A stretch of DNA of 18,240 bases from Candidatus Methylomirabilota bacterium (GCA_046726415.1 JBKPAK010000268.1:1-18240), one strand, 5' to 3'; shown: positions 1 through 8,143, numbered from the stretch's first letter. The notes: generated from the letters alone by a model not told the origin. Numbers and translations are program-made.

Positions 1-200
1 TCGACGAGTTCGTGCTGGACCTTGCCGGGCTGGCGCTGGTCCCGGAGACAGCTGGCCACCGCTTCGGTGACGCCCAGCTGCCGATCGACCGCCTTCAGCA
101 GGACCATCCCGCCGTCCGAGCTGGCGTGCTCGGCATCGAACCGGGCCACCACAAGCGTGTCGAATTTGAACCGGAGCTGCGGTATACAGTCTGTGGCCAT
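1..200 (-). CDS. IS1380-family DDE transposase, N-terminal part (runs off window start)
   Basis: Not in the ORF track. Manual translation from ATG at 200 gives MATDCIPQLRFKFDTLVVARFDAEHASSDGGMVLLKAVDRQLGVTEAVASCLRDQRQPGKVQHELV, matching the IS1380 N-terminal pattern (FD...SSDGGxxLL...D.R...K..H). AGGAG RBS just upstream. Confidence 0.85.
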   Translation of the reverse strand, partial: MATDCIPQLRFKFDTLVVARFDAEHASSDGGMVLLKAVDRQLGVTEAVASCLRDQRQPGKVQHELV

Positions 201-310
201 CGAGTCTCCTCGCGAGTGTGTGTGAAGGCGTCTCGACACCGCTCTTTTCGCACACTTCGAAGACTCGATGGCTGTTTTGTTTCATTCTTCGCGCATAAAG
301 CGCGCTAGGG
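1..310 (-). mobile_element. IS1380-family insertion sequence, left end inserted in the 3' end of hsdS
   Basis: Transposase start at 200. HsdS similarity stops at about 310, where the minus strand reads CC(C)TAGCGCGCTTTATGC; IS1380 ends typically begin CC. The other end is outside the window, so IR and target duplication are unverified. Confidence 0.7.
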
Positions 311-1598
311 CGTCGCGAGCCTTCGCGGCGAGGGTCTCGAGTCGTCTCTCATCGACCCTAAGGCGCCGAACGATCTCGCGTTGTTCGGGGAGAGAAGGAA
401 GTGGCACCTCTTCCTCAAGAAACTGATCCAACCTGATGGTCTTGTTTCGACCCGCAGCGCCAGGAGAATTGACCTCCATCAACGCACGCCCTTGCTGTGT
501 CTGAAGAACCATAAGCAGGTAATCCAAATCCACCGCGTCAGTGCAACGAAAAGTTGGGAAACGATGGGACGCAACCATCCCCAACTCGCCCTCCGTTGCT
601 ACGGCGACCGCACCTTCCCAGGCGAACACGATGTTGAGCACAAAGTCGCCTGGCTCAATGCGGAATACGCTCTTGTCTTCAAGAAGCGCCCCCCTCACCG
701 GTCCCTTGTGGAAAATGCCCTTCCCCCACGATCGGATGCCTATCTCCCGGTACTCAGCTTCCGGTTCAGTGTGCACTGGTCGGCTGACACGTCTGACCAG
801 CCGCCGGAGTTTCCGCAACTCCCAGTGCCTTGGAATGCCAGGGAAGACCACCGATCCCGTGTCCATGAGTGGCACGCCCGGGTCGAGCCCTTTGGTGACC
901 GCCCGCGTGATGAGGGCGGCGCGCTTCTCCTGGAGCAGCTCGATCAGCCGCTCCTTCTTCGCCACCAGCCCATCGATCCTCGCCGTCTCCCGGTCGAGAA
1001 ACACCGCAATCGCGTGCTGCTCCTCCAGTGGCGGCGTGGGGAACAGGGCTATCCGAATGGTGTCCCCTCCGAGACCGAACCGCGTGATTCCGTTCGCAGC
1101 AATGTGGAACTGATCCCGAGGCCCAAGAGCCGAGAACGCGCGTGCAAGAAAGCGTCCGTCAGAACGGCCGGCTCTGGGCCGCACAAGGGCGAGATGGTAC
1201 CCACAAAGAACCTCGGGCAGATCCTCTGTGATGACCGCAGGCACTGCGATGTCAGTCCACGACTCCGAGTCTTTGGTGATTAGTACATCGCCGGTGCGCA
1301 GCGAGAACCGTCGAACCTGTTCGGGAGTCGCTGTCGCCGCCATGAAGTCTATCGCACCGTTGATCCGCTCGTTGTTGTAGACGTCGACGTAATTGCAGAG
1401 CTTCACCGGTACCTGACCCTCGAGAGAGTGCTTGTCGACGTTGCTGAGCTGAACAGATGCAAATGTCTTCAGCCGACGGGTCCCCCAGTGCACCGGAATC
1501 TCCCCCAGCCACTCGACACCGGAGTGCTTGTATGCCGCATACGGCTTGAACTCACGAGCCGCGGGGGCCAGAAGCGATTCTGATGTCTCCCCGGTCAT
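282..1598 (-). CDS. hsdS: Type I restriction-modification specificity subunit, C-terminus truncated by IS
   Basis: N-terminal KPYAAYKHSGVEWLGEIP, central conserved PPLEEQHAIAVFLDRETARID...LLQEKRAALITRAVTKGLD, two variable TRDs, distal LPSLPEQREIV. ATG 1598 overlaps the upstream stop (ATGA). The usual terminal LLxExRxALIxxAVTG helix is replaced by LARFMREE*. Confidence 0.92.
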   Translation of the reverse strand: MTGETSESLLAPAAREFKPYAAYKHSGVEWLGEIPVHWGTRRLKTFASVQLSNVDKHSLEGQVPVKLCNYVDVYNNERINGAIDFMAATATPEQVRRFSLRTGDVLITKDSESWTDIAVPAVITEDLPEVLCGYHLALVRPRAGRSDGRFLARAFSALGPRDQFHIAANGITRFGLGGDTIRIALFPTPPLEEQHAIAVFLDRETARIDGLVAKKERLIELLQEKRAALITRAVTKGLDPGVPLMDTGSVVFPGIPRHWELRKLRRLVRRVSRPVHTEPEAEYREIGIRSWGKGIFHKGPVRGALLEDKSVFRIEPGDFVLNIVFAWEGAVAVATEGELGMVASHRFPTFRCTDAVDLDYLLMVLQTQQGRALMEVNSPGAAGRNKTIRLDQFLEEEVPLPSLPEQREIVRRLRVDERRLETLAAKARDALARFMREE

Positions 1599-2558
1599 GG
1601 CTTCACGCGCTGTCCACCGGTGCTCCCGCCACGCGTGACTTGGGAGCGCCACGGCCCTCCTGGCGGCCAGCTCCCGCGCTTCGCGATGCCGGCGCGAAGA
1701 TCGTCCAGGATGGGTAGGAGAAAGGGCCGAGTCGCGGTCAGGACGTCGGTCCCGGCCTCGGGCCCCACCGTCAGACCGGCGCGCCTGGCGAATGCTCGTA
1801 TCTGCGGGCCGCGCGACACGTTCTCCCAGTAGGCGGAAGTCAGTCCGATTGGTTCCTCCGACGGAACCGGCGTGTGCCGCCGCGCGAAGGTCTGGCGCAC
1901 CGACTCCGCCAGGGTCGCCCGGTCAAACTCGAACCGGTTCGCCAGATAGTGCAGGTCGAAGAAGTCTTTGATCCGGCTGTTGCGGTCCCCGAGCACGATC
2001 ATCGCCTCGAGCTTCTCGGCGACCACCGCTTCCGGCGGGTACGCGAGCACAGTGGGTGGCGGGAAGTCCAGCAGGCCCGGGTAGGAGTGTAGCTGCGGCG
2101 ACGGCCAGACGGCGTCTCCCAGGCCCATGTCGATCTGCAGCATGAGGCGCGCGCGTCCGCAAACGCGCCGGGAGAGTCACGCGCGTGCCCGCGTACTCAT
2201 CCTCGGTGCCGATCGCGTGGACCCGGGTCGAAGCTGGATCGAAGACCACCGCGTCGGGCTCGACCTGCGCCGCGCAGATCGTCTCGATGTCCGTCCGGAT
2301 GGCCGCGAAGGAACCGTCTCCCTTGCGCAGCAGGTCCAGATCTCGTGTCGTCCGGTAGGGCTGAGCGGACCACAGCCGGAGGAGCATGGCGCCCTTGAGC
2401 ACGAAACGATCGTGGACGCCCGAGACACCGAGCCGGTAGAGGAAGCGCTCGAAGCAGAAGCTCACGAGAAGTCTCTGGTAGTCGTCGCCGGTCTGCTTGG
2501 CTCGGTTCAGGAGACGCGCGGCCACAGAGGCGGCGAGGTTGCGAGGACCCTTCTTCAC
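1595..2558 (-). pseudogene. abiEii: AbiEii/AbiGii-family nucleotidyltransferase toxin (type IV TA) with +1 frameshift at about 2161-2163
   Basis: GTG 2558 frame: NLAASVAARLLN...ERFLYRL...FVLKGAMLL...RTTRDLDLL. Continues in another frame: LQIDMGLGDAV...AEKLEAM...NSRIKDFFDL. Span is 964 nt (3n+1); removing one T from CGTTTGCGG restores ...PARCGRARLMLQID... Confidence 0.88.
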
Positions 2559-3154
2559 GCGATCGCATCCAGGTAGGGTTGCATCACACGGGTCACGCGA
2601 CAGATCCGGGCGAAGCGGGCCAGCTCCGTCGCGTCCCCGCGATGTCGGCGAGTGAAATCGCGCAGAGCTTCGACCGCGACATCGATTCCAACCTTGTTGC
2701 GGTACTTGAAACAGTCGGCAACCGTCTTGGCCGCCGAGTAGACGGGGACCGCTACCCCCTCGATGCGGCGGCTCTCGATCCCCTCGCTCAGAGCGGCTCC
2801 GGAGAAGCGAACCACCCTCAGCTTCGGGTAGTCGAGCCGAGGCTTGCGAGCCTTCTCGGGCAGAGCGATCCACACCTCGGCCGGTAGCTGCGTCGTCAGC
2901 TGGTGATAGCGGAGGGCCGTGAGCAGGCAGATCACACCGCTGGGGACCCGCTTGGCGACCTGGGCAAGTGAGTGGTCGGCGGTGCGAGCGTGATTGTTCG
3001 CAACGTAGACGCCGCGAGCCTGCCGCTCTACCTGTCCCTTCTGCAGGAGCGCATAGAGCTGCCGGCGCGGAATGCCTCGCTCCTCGAGGTCGCCTGCACG
3101 TACAACCCCGAGCCTGCGGACGAGCGCGAGTGTTTGACGTTCGTCGGCTGCCAT
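2555..3154 (-). CDS. abiEi: AbiEi-family antitoxin / transcriptional regulator (type IV TA)
   Basis: N-terminal wHTH-like segment (VVRAGDL...GQVERQARGVY), then GVICLLTALRYHQLTTQLP and YSAAKTVADCFKYRNKVGIDVAVEAL. GTGA overlap with the toxin gene. ATG 3154 preferred over TTG 3172 because of promoter position. Confidence 0.9.
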   Translation of the reverse strand: MAADERQTLALVRRLGVVRAGDLEERGIPRRQLYALLQKGQVERQARGVYVANNHARTADHSLAQVAKRVPSGVICLLTALRYHQLTTQLPAEVWIALPEKARKPRLDYPKLRVVRFSGAALSEGIESRRIEGVAVPVYSAAKTVADCFKYRNKVGIDVAVEALRDFTRRHRGDATELARFARICRVTRVMQPYLDAIA

Positions 3155-3163
3155 GACGCCGCC

Positions 3164-3204
3164 AGAATACAAAATGTCGGGGCTTATTCACAATCCCCGA
3201 CATT
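3164..3204 (-). promoter_or_regulatory. Putative abiE promoter with palindromic operator
   Basis: Perfect 10-bp inverted repeat AATGTCGGGG (3173-3182) / CCCCGACATT (3195-3204) flanking -35-like TTGTGA (3193-3188); 18-bp spacer; -10-like TATTCT (3169-3164), 9 nt before ATG. Confidence 0.7.
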
Positions 3205-3235
3205 ACGATCAGCCATCAGGCGAGGGCTGGCGCCC

Positions 3236-3260
3236 CCGGTGGTGGAAAATTCACCACCGG
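3236..3260. repeat. 9-bp inverted repeat between hsdM and abiEi, followed by a degenerate second copy
   Basis: CCGGTGGTG-gaaaatt-CACCACCGG, then GGTGGAATATCACC at about 3263-3276. No poly-T tail. Confidence 0.55.
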
Positions 3261-3271
3261 ATGGTGGAATA

Positions 3272-4361
3272 TCACCCAGCCCGCCCGGGTTCGGCCGTGG
3301 GCCCACCTCCCGTCACCTTGGACAGCATCCGGATGATGTCCGTCTCGATGGCGCGGATGTCGGCCTCGATCTCCTCCAGCGGGCGGGGCGGGGTGTAGCG
3401 GTAGAAGTAGCGGTTGAAGTTGATCTCGTAGCCGACGATGCCGACCTGGCCGTCCTTCTCGTCGCACCGCGCCGTGTCGATCCAGGCGTCGGAGACATGT
3501 GGCTTCACCTCGCGCTCGAAGAACGCCTCGACGCCCTCGGAGAGGGGGACGCTCTCGGTGTCGCGCAGCTCGGGGTCCGGCTCGGGATCGCCCTCCGCAT
3601 TGCGGCAGATGGCCGCCGTCTCGTCGCGCTCGGAGAGGGCGGACAGGATGGCCCGGATCACCGGGGCCGCCAGCTTGATGCCCGCCTGGCGCGTGGTGGC
3701 CTCCAGCGCCGCCTCGAAGTCTCTCCGGTCCCTGTAGAGCGTGGCCGGCAGCTTCTGGAGAAGCGCGCGGATCGCTTCTTGCTGCTCGCGGCCGGCGGCC
3801 TGCTCCTTGGCACCTCGACGTCGCGAGGCGTGAAGTGCTCGCCAGGATTCTCGTTCAGCGCCTCGTTGAACTTGCGGATCAGCTCCTCGAAGATCGTGCC
3901 CATGGTGGGGTTGTCGACCGCGTCGGGATGCAGGTCGACCGCCTTGAAGCGCTCGAGTACCTTGAAGAGCAGGCCCGCCTCGTCGAGCTTGCTGATGGTG
4001 TTGTCGAAGTCGAAGCGCTCCAGCACCTCGCGCATGTTCTGGCTGAACCCCGCGATGTAGTTGCGCAGGTTGGCCGCGAGCTGCGGCGCGTCGGCCCGGA
4101 GCTTGTCGAAGTCGTAGCGCGAGGTGTTGTAGAAAGCGAAGCCAGCCGCCCGGCGGAGCTGGCCGTCCAGATCTTGAAGACCCCGGCCGCGCAGCTCCTC
4201 CTTCCGGCGGAGCACCTTGTCCTTGGTGGGGGCCAGCACACAGTCGAGGCGGCGCAGGACGGTGAGCGGCAGGATCACGTCCTGGTACTTGCCGCGCTTG
4301 AAGGTGTCGCGGATGAGGTCCGCGACCCCCAGAGAAAGCTGACGATCTCGCTATGGTTCAT
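3272..4361 (-). pseudogene. hsdM: Type I R-M methyltransferase subunit, frameshifted and internally deleted
   Basis: ATG 4361 MNHSEIVSFLWG, then one G short in the G5 run (4326-4330) before ADLIRDTFKRGKYQDVILPLTVLRRLDCVL...GEHFTPRDV. At about 3816 it jumps out of frame to the C-terminal region (GAKEQAAGREQQEAI...PDPELRDTESVPL...GYEINFNRYFY...RPLEEIEADI). SAM-binding DPACGTGG and catalytic NPP(Y/F) motifs are absent. Confidence 0.92.
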
Positions 4362-4406
4362 TGCGGGCAGTCAGTCTCGGTGAGAAATGTTCATGGAGGC
4401 GCGGAC

Positions 4407-4435
4407 AGGCTAGGCCATGATGGCCGGACGGGCAA
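4407..4435 (-). promoter_or_regulatory. Possible sigma70-type promoter of the hsd operon
   Basis: TTGCCC (4435-4430), 17 bp, TAGCCT (4412-4407). The spacer contains the palindrome GGCCAT-G-ATGGCC (4413-4425). Confidence 0.35.
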
Positions 4436-4475
4436 GCCGAACGGTCGCCCTGTCGATGGGCTTTCACAAGCGACA

Positions 4476-5834
4476 CTAGGGCTCGGACGGCTCGCAGGTC
4501 AGGCTGTCGTCGCCAAGGGCGCATCGGAACAGCGGCGCCCCCTCCACGTCGCGCACGGTCGCGGTCCAGCGATGTCGGTGACGCTGGAGCGTCACGAAGC
4601 CGAACTGAGCCTTGTTCACCCCGCTGGCGACCGGCATGCCGGCGATCTCGAGTCCCGGCAACGGCGTGGTGACGGGCGGATCCAGAAGAGTTCCACTGTT
4701 GCCGACGACCAGCTGAGGCGGGCGGCCGGGGCCAAAGCTCAGGTTCTCGAAGAGATGGACGTGCCCCCCGATGAACAACCGGATGGTCGCGGGGAAGTCG
4801 TTCTCGGACGCCTCCTGCAGAACGAGCTGATCGATGAAGAGCTGCTCGACCCCGTTCTGCTCCCCCGCGTGTCCGAAGACGTACAGCGGCTTGTGCGTGA
4901 TCAGCCAGCTGTCGTCCGTGGCCAGCTGGCGCAGGGTCTCGAACTGCGCCTTGAAGGCGGCGACCTGATCCGGCGGTTCGGCGAAGTCGTCGGTGATGGC
5001 CGAGTCGAGGACGAGCAGATCCACCTTGCCCAGCGAGATCTTGTAGGGCTCGGTGTAGTCCAGGCAGGTCGGCGGCATGGGGAGCGGATAGAGGATGCGG
5101 AACCACCCCTCGCCCCCTCGCGCGCATGTCTCGTGATTGCCGCGCACGAACATCCAGGGCGCGGCCCGCAACAGCGGCCGGGCGGGCGTGAACAGGTCGG
5201 CCTCCAAGGTGGGCCAGTTCTCGCCGAAGGGGCTCCCCGCGCACCCCTCGTTGCCGGGGGGACACGGATCCTCTCGATAGATGTAGTCCCCGACGTGAAT
5301 GACCAGATCAGGACGCCAGCGGGCCGCGTGCCTGGCAATCTCGGCGAACGGCCACTGGCTGGGATCGTTGCAGGCCTGCACCTTCGTCCCTTCAATCCTG
5401 CACCCGGCGTCGCCGATGACCACGATCCGCTCGGGATTTCGTCTGAACAGCGGCAAGCGCTGCAGACCGATCGAGGCGACATGCGTCCAGGCGGGCACGG
5501 CCGCCTCGCACACGAGGATGGGGAAATCGGGAGGGCTGAGGGCCGCTCGCTCCTGCATCCTCCGGGGGAAGCCGTCGAGCCGCAGCACGGGGCACGTCGC
5601 CTCGGTGGTGATGGCGCGCGCGATCAAGCCCGAGGGGCCAAGCTCGGTCCAGACGATCGGCGCCGCGGGGTGGGCGGGCAAGCTGAAGCCGTGCCCGAGG
5701 CCCAGCTCCTCGAGGAACTCGGCGAATGGCAGCTCGCCTCCGTGTGACGGCCGGCCCGCGCCGAACAGCAGGGTGACGACGATCAGGCACACCAGAAGCT
5801 TCCAGGGGCTGCGGGCGACTGTTTCGCGGTCCAT
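4476..5834 (-). CDS. Secreted calcineurin-like metallophosphoesterase
   Basis: Ordered motifs GDAG, HVGDYIY, RGNHE, THKP, GGHVH. Hydrophobic N-terminal signal (WKLLVCLIVVTLLFGAG). GAAGGAG upstream; alternative GTG start at 5840. Confidence 0.88.
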   Translation of the reverse strand: MDRETVARSPWKLLVCLIVVTLLFGAGRPSHGGELPFAEFLEELGLGHGFSLPAHPAAPIVWTELGPSGLIARAITTEATCPVLRLDGFPRRMQERAALSPPDFPILVCEAAVPAWTHVASIGLQRLPLFRRNPERIVVIGDAGCRIEGTKVQACNDPSQWPFAEIARHAARWRPDLVIHVGDYIYREDPCPPGNEGCAGSPFGENWPTLEADLFTPARPLLRAAPWMFVRGNHETCARGGEGWFRILYPLPMPPTCLDYTEPYKISLGKVDLLVLDSAITDDFAEPPDQVAAFKAQFETLRQLATDDSWLITHKPLYVFGHAGEQNGVEQLFIDQLVLQEASENDFPATIRLFIGGHVHLFENLSFGPGRPPQLVVGNSGTLLDPPVTTPLPGLEIAGMPVASGVNKAQFGFVTLQRHRHRWTATVRDVEGAPLFRCALGDDSLTCEPSEP

Positions 5835-5836
5835 CC

Positions 5837-5974
5837 TCACTCCTTCGCGAGGCTACTGGGGGCGGCGCGCCGGGTCAGCTTCTCGAGTTCGTCGAAGTAC
5901 TCCGCAAAAGTCTCTTCCCAGAGACAGAAGTGGTGCCCGACCGGATTGTCCGAGCTGCAGGCGGTGCAACGCAC
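5837..5974 (-). pseudogene. 45-aa chimeric ORF: zinc-ribbon N-terminal stub fused to an unrelated helical tail
   Basis: Manual translation MRCTACSSDNPVGHHFC|LWEETFAEYFDELEKLTRRAAPSSLAKE*. CxxC-xx-N-P-xxxx-FC is the start of a zinc ribbon whose closing xxCG is missing. AGGGGGG RBS-like site and TAGAAT (6009-6004) upstream. Confidence 0.5.
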
Positions 5975-6099
5975 GATGAGAGAGCCCCCCTGATGGAGGC
6001 TCGATTCTACACCGGGCTCACCTCCGGCTCAGCAGTGGACGACCGGGCTCGAACAGCTCCGGCTGCAGCCGGGCGTGGCGGATGATCAGATCCCTGGGC

Positions 6100-7104
6100 T
6101 CAGGTCCGGGTTTGTGGATTCAGCAAGGGATAGAGCAGGTCCACCATGAGGTTGATGATGACGTAGGCCACCGTGGTGACCAAGGTGAAGGCCATGATGG
6201 CCGGATAGTCCTGGTTCTCGACGGCGGTGACCGCGTAGAGGCCCAGACCGGGCCACGAGAAGATCGTCTCGGTCACCACCACACCGCCGATGAGCTGGCC
6301 GAGCTGGATGCCCACCACCGTGATGACCGGGATCGACGCATTGCGCAGCGCGTGCTTGAGCACGATGCGCGGTTCGGAGAGCCCCTTGGCCCGGGCCGTG
6401 CGCAGGTAGTCCTCGTGCAGGATGTCGAGCATGGCCGCGCGCGTGATGCGCGTGATCATGGCCAGCGACAGCACGGACAGGATCGATGCGGGCAGGATCA
6501 GGTGGCGGAGCGCGTCGGTGAAGACCGTCAGGTCTCGCGCCAGCAAGGAGTCGAGCAGCAACATGCCGGTCACGGTCGGCGGCGGCGTCACGCCGACGGT
6601 GAGCCGCCCACCGGCCGGCAGCAGGTCGAGCACGCGGTAGAAGATCAGCACGGTCATGAGGCCGAGCCAGAAGATGGGCATCGAGCCAAGGAAGACCGAG
6701 CCCGGCGTGATGAGGCGGTCGAGCCAGCGGCCGGCGCGCACCGCCGAGAGCACGCCCAGTGGGATACCGACCACCGCGCTGATGGCGATGGCGGCCAGGG
6801 CCAGCTCGGCCGAGGCCGGCCAGAAGGCGCGCAAGTCCTCGATCACCGGCTTGCGGTTGACCAGCGAGCGGCCGAAGTCGCCGGTCAGCGCGTTGCGCAT
6901 GTAGAGCAGGTACTGGATCCACCGCGGGCGGTCCAGCCCCAGGCGCTCCCGCGCGTGGGCGATCATCTCGGGAGTGGCGTCGCCACCCCCGGCGGCGATG
7001 AAGGCGGGGTCGCCGGGCAGGTACTGGGTGAGGGTAAAGACGGCGGCCGAGATCGCGGCCAGGAGCAGCCCGAGCAGCGGCAGTCGCCGCAGAATCAATG
7101 TCAT
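6100..7104 (-). CDS. Peptide/nickel-type ABC transporter permease (DppB/OppB-like)
   Basis: LPGDPA...LGLDRP..IQY...GDFGRS N-terminal signature, several TM helices, EAA loop EDYLRTARAKGL, ETIFSWPGLG. Confidence 0.93.
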   Translation of the reverse strand: MTLILRRLPLLGLLLAAISAAVFTLTQYLPGDPAFIAAGGGDATPEMIAHARERLGLDRPRWIQYLLYMRNALTGDFGRSLVNRKPVIEDLRAFWPASAELALAAIAISAVVGIPLGVLSAVRAGRWLDRLITPGSVFLGSMPIFWLGLMTVLIFYRVLDLLPAGGRLTVGVTPPPTVTGMLLLDSLLARDLTVFTDALRHLILPASILSVLSLAMITRITRAAMLDILHEDYLRTARAKGLSEPRIVLKHALRNASIPVITVVGIQLGQLIGGVVVTETIFSWPGLGLYAVTAVENQDYPAIMAFTLVTTVAYVIINLMVDLLYPLLNPQTRT

Positions 7105-7162
7105 CGCGGCCGCCACGGCCGGCGCAGGCTCAGCGGCATCGCCGCCCGTCGGTGCGCGACAC

Positions 7163-7262
7163 AGAGCCTGTGAACGAATCGCGTTGTCGAGGGGCGCCAC
7201 GGCTGCGCCGGGGTGCCCCGAGCGGGGGGCTTTGGGGGGCGCCCGGAGCCCCCCATGTGGTC
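7163..7262. repeat. About 100-bp GC-rich double-hairpin intergenic element (REP/MITE-like)
   Basis: Hairpin 1: GGGGCGCCACGGC-tgc-GCCGGGGTGCCCC (7191-7219). Hairpin 2: TGGGGGGC-7nt-GCCCCCCA (7233-7255). Left edge AGAGCCTGTGAACGAAT. Lies between two permease genes. Single copy in this window. Confidence 0.5.
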
Positions 7263-8100
7263 AACTCCCGACATGGAGCTTGCTCGCCGGATCGAGCACG
7301 TCGCGCAGGCGCTCGCCCAGGATGTTGAAGGCCAGCACCACGACGAAGATCGCGAGGCCCGGGAACGTGGCGTACCAGGGGTAGTCGAGCAGATACTTCC
7401 GGCCGATCGTCACCATCGCCCCCCACTCCGGCAGCGGCGGCTGTGCGCCCACGCCGAGGAAGGACAGCGCGGCCAGTAGCAGGATGGCGAGGCTCACGTC
7501 GATCGCCGCCTTGACCAGGACTGGCGAGAAGCAGTTGGGCAACAGGTGGCGCAGCAGGATCCACCACTCGCGCTGGCCGAGCGCGCGCGAGGCCAGGACG
7601 AACTCGCGCTGCCGCACGGCGAGCACCTGGCCGCGCATGAGGCGTGCGTATTGGGCCCACCAGGTGATAGCGAGCGCGAGCACGCAGTTGACCAGTCCTC
7701 GCCCCAGGACGGACGTGAGGGCCAGCGCCCAGATGATCTGCGGGAAGGCCAGGAAGAACTCCGTCACCCGCATCAGGACCTCGTCGGTCCGCCGGCCAGA
7801 GGCGCCGATGACGAGCCCCGCCAGCGAGCCAACGACGAGCGACAGGCCGATCAGCGACACGGCCGCGGTGAGCGTGGGGCGGGCGCCGTACACCACGCGG
7901 CTCCACACGTCGCGGCCATTCTCGTCCGTGCCGAGCGGATGGGCGAGACTCGGCGGCTTCAGGCGCTCGAGGTACGCGATGGCGTTCGGATCGCGCTCGG
8001 TGAAGATCTGTGGGGCCAATATCATGGCCAGGGCGAGCAGGACGACGGCGGTGGCGCCGAGGACGGACAGTCCACCGCGGAAGAATCGGGGAAGGCGCAT
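7261..8100 (-). CDS. Peptide/nickel-type ABC transporter permease (DppC/OppC-like)
   Basis: PPSLAHPLGTDENGRDVWSRVVYGAR, EAA loop REFVLASRALG...RHLLPN, LSFLGVGAQPPLPEWG. Start at 8100 chosen to avoid overlap with the SBP gene. Confidence 0.92.
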   Translation of the reverse strand: MRLPRFFRGGLSVLGATAVVLLALAMILAPQIFTERDPNAIAYLERLKPPSLAHPLGTDENGRDVWSRVVYGARPTLTAAVSLIGLSLVVGSLAGLVIGASGRRTDEVLMRVTEFFLAFPQIIWALALTSVLGRGLVNCVLALAITWWAQYARLMRGQVLAVRQREFVLASRALGQREWWILLRHLLPNCFSPVLVKAAIDVSLAILLLAALSFLGVGAQPPLPEWGAMVTIGRKYLLDYPWYATFPGLAIFVVVLAFNILGERLRDVLDPASKLHVGS

Positions 8101-8143
8101 CGGAGATCGGGGGCACCCGCTGGACGGGCGCCCCCGGCGGGGA

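Noticed and set aside
12-308. 98-aa plus-strand ORF
   Set aside because: It is antisense to the IS1380 transposase start, which has clear family motifs.
282-1598. hsdS shufflon / invertible TRDs
   Set aside because: No second hsdS copy, long inverted repeats or recombinase in the window.
2150-2175. Programmed ribosomal frameshift in abiEii
   Set aside because: No X XXY YYZ slippery heptamer or obvious stimulatory element; a simple indel explains it.
4326-4330. Phase variation of hsdM via a poly-G tract
   Set aside because: G5 is short for a contingency tract, and the gene lacks its catalytic core anyway.
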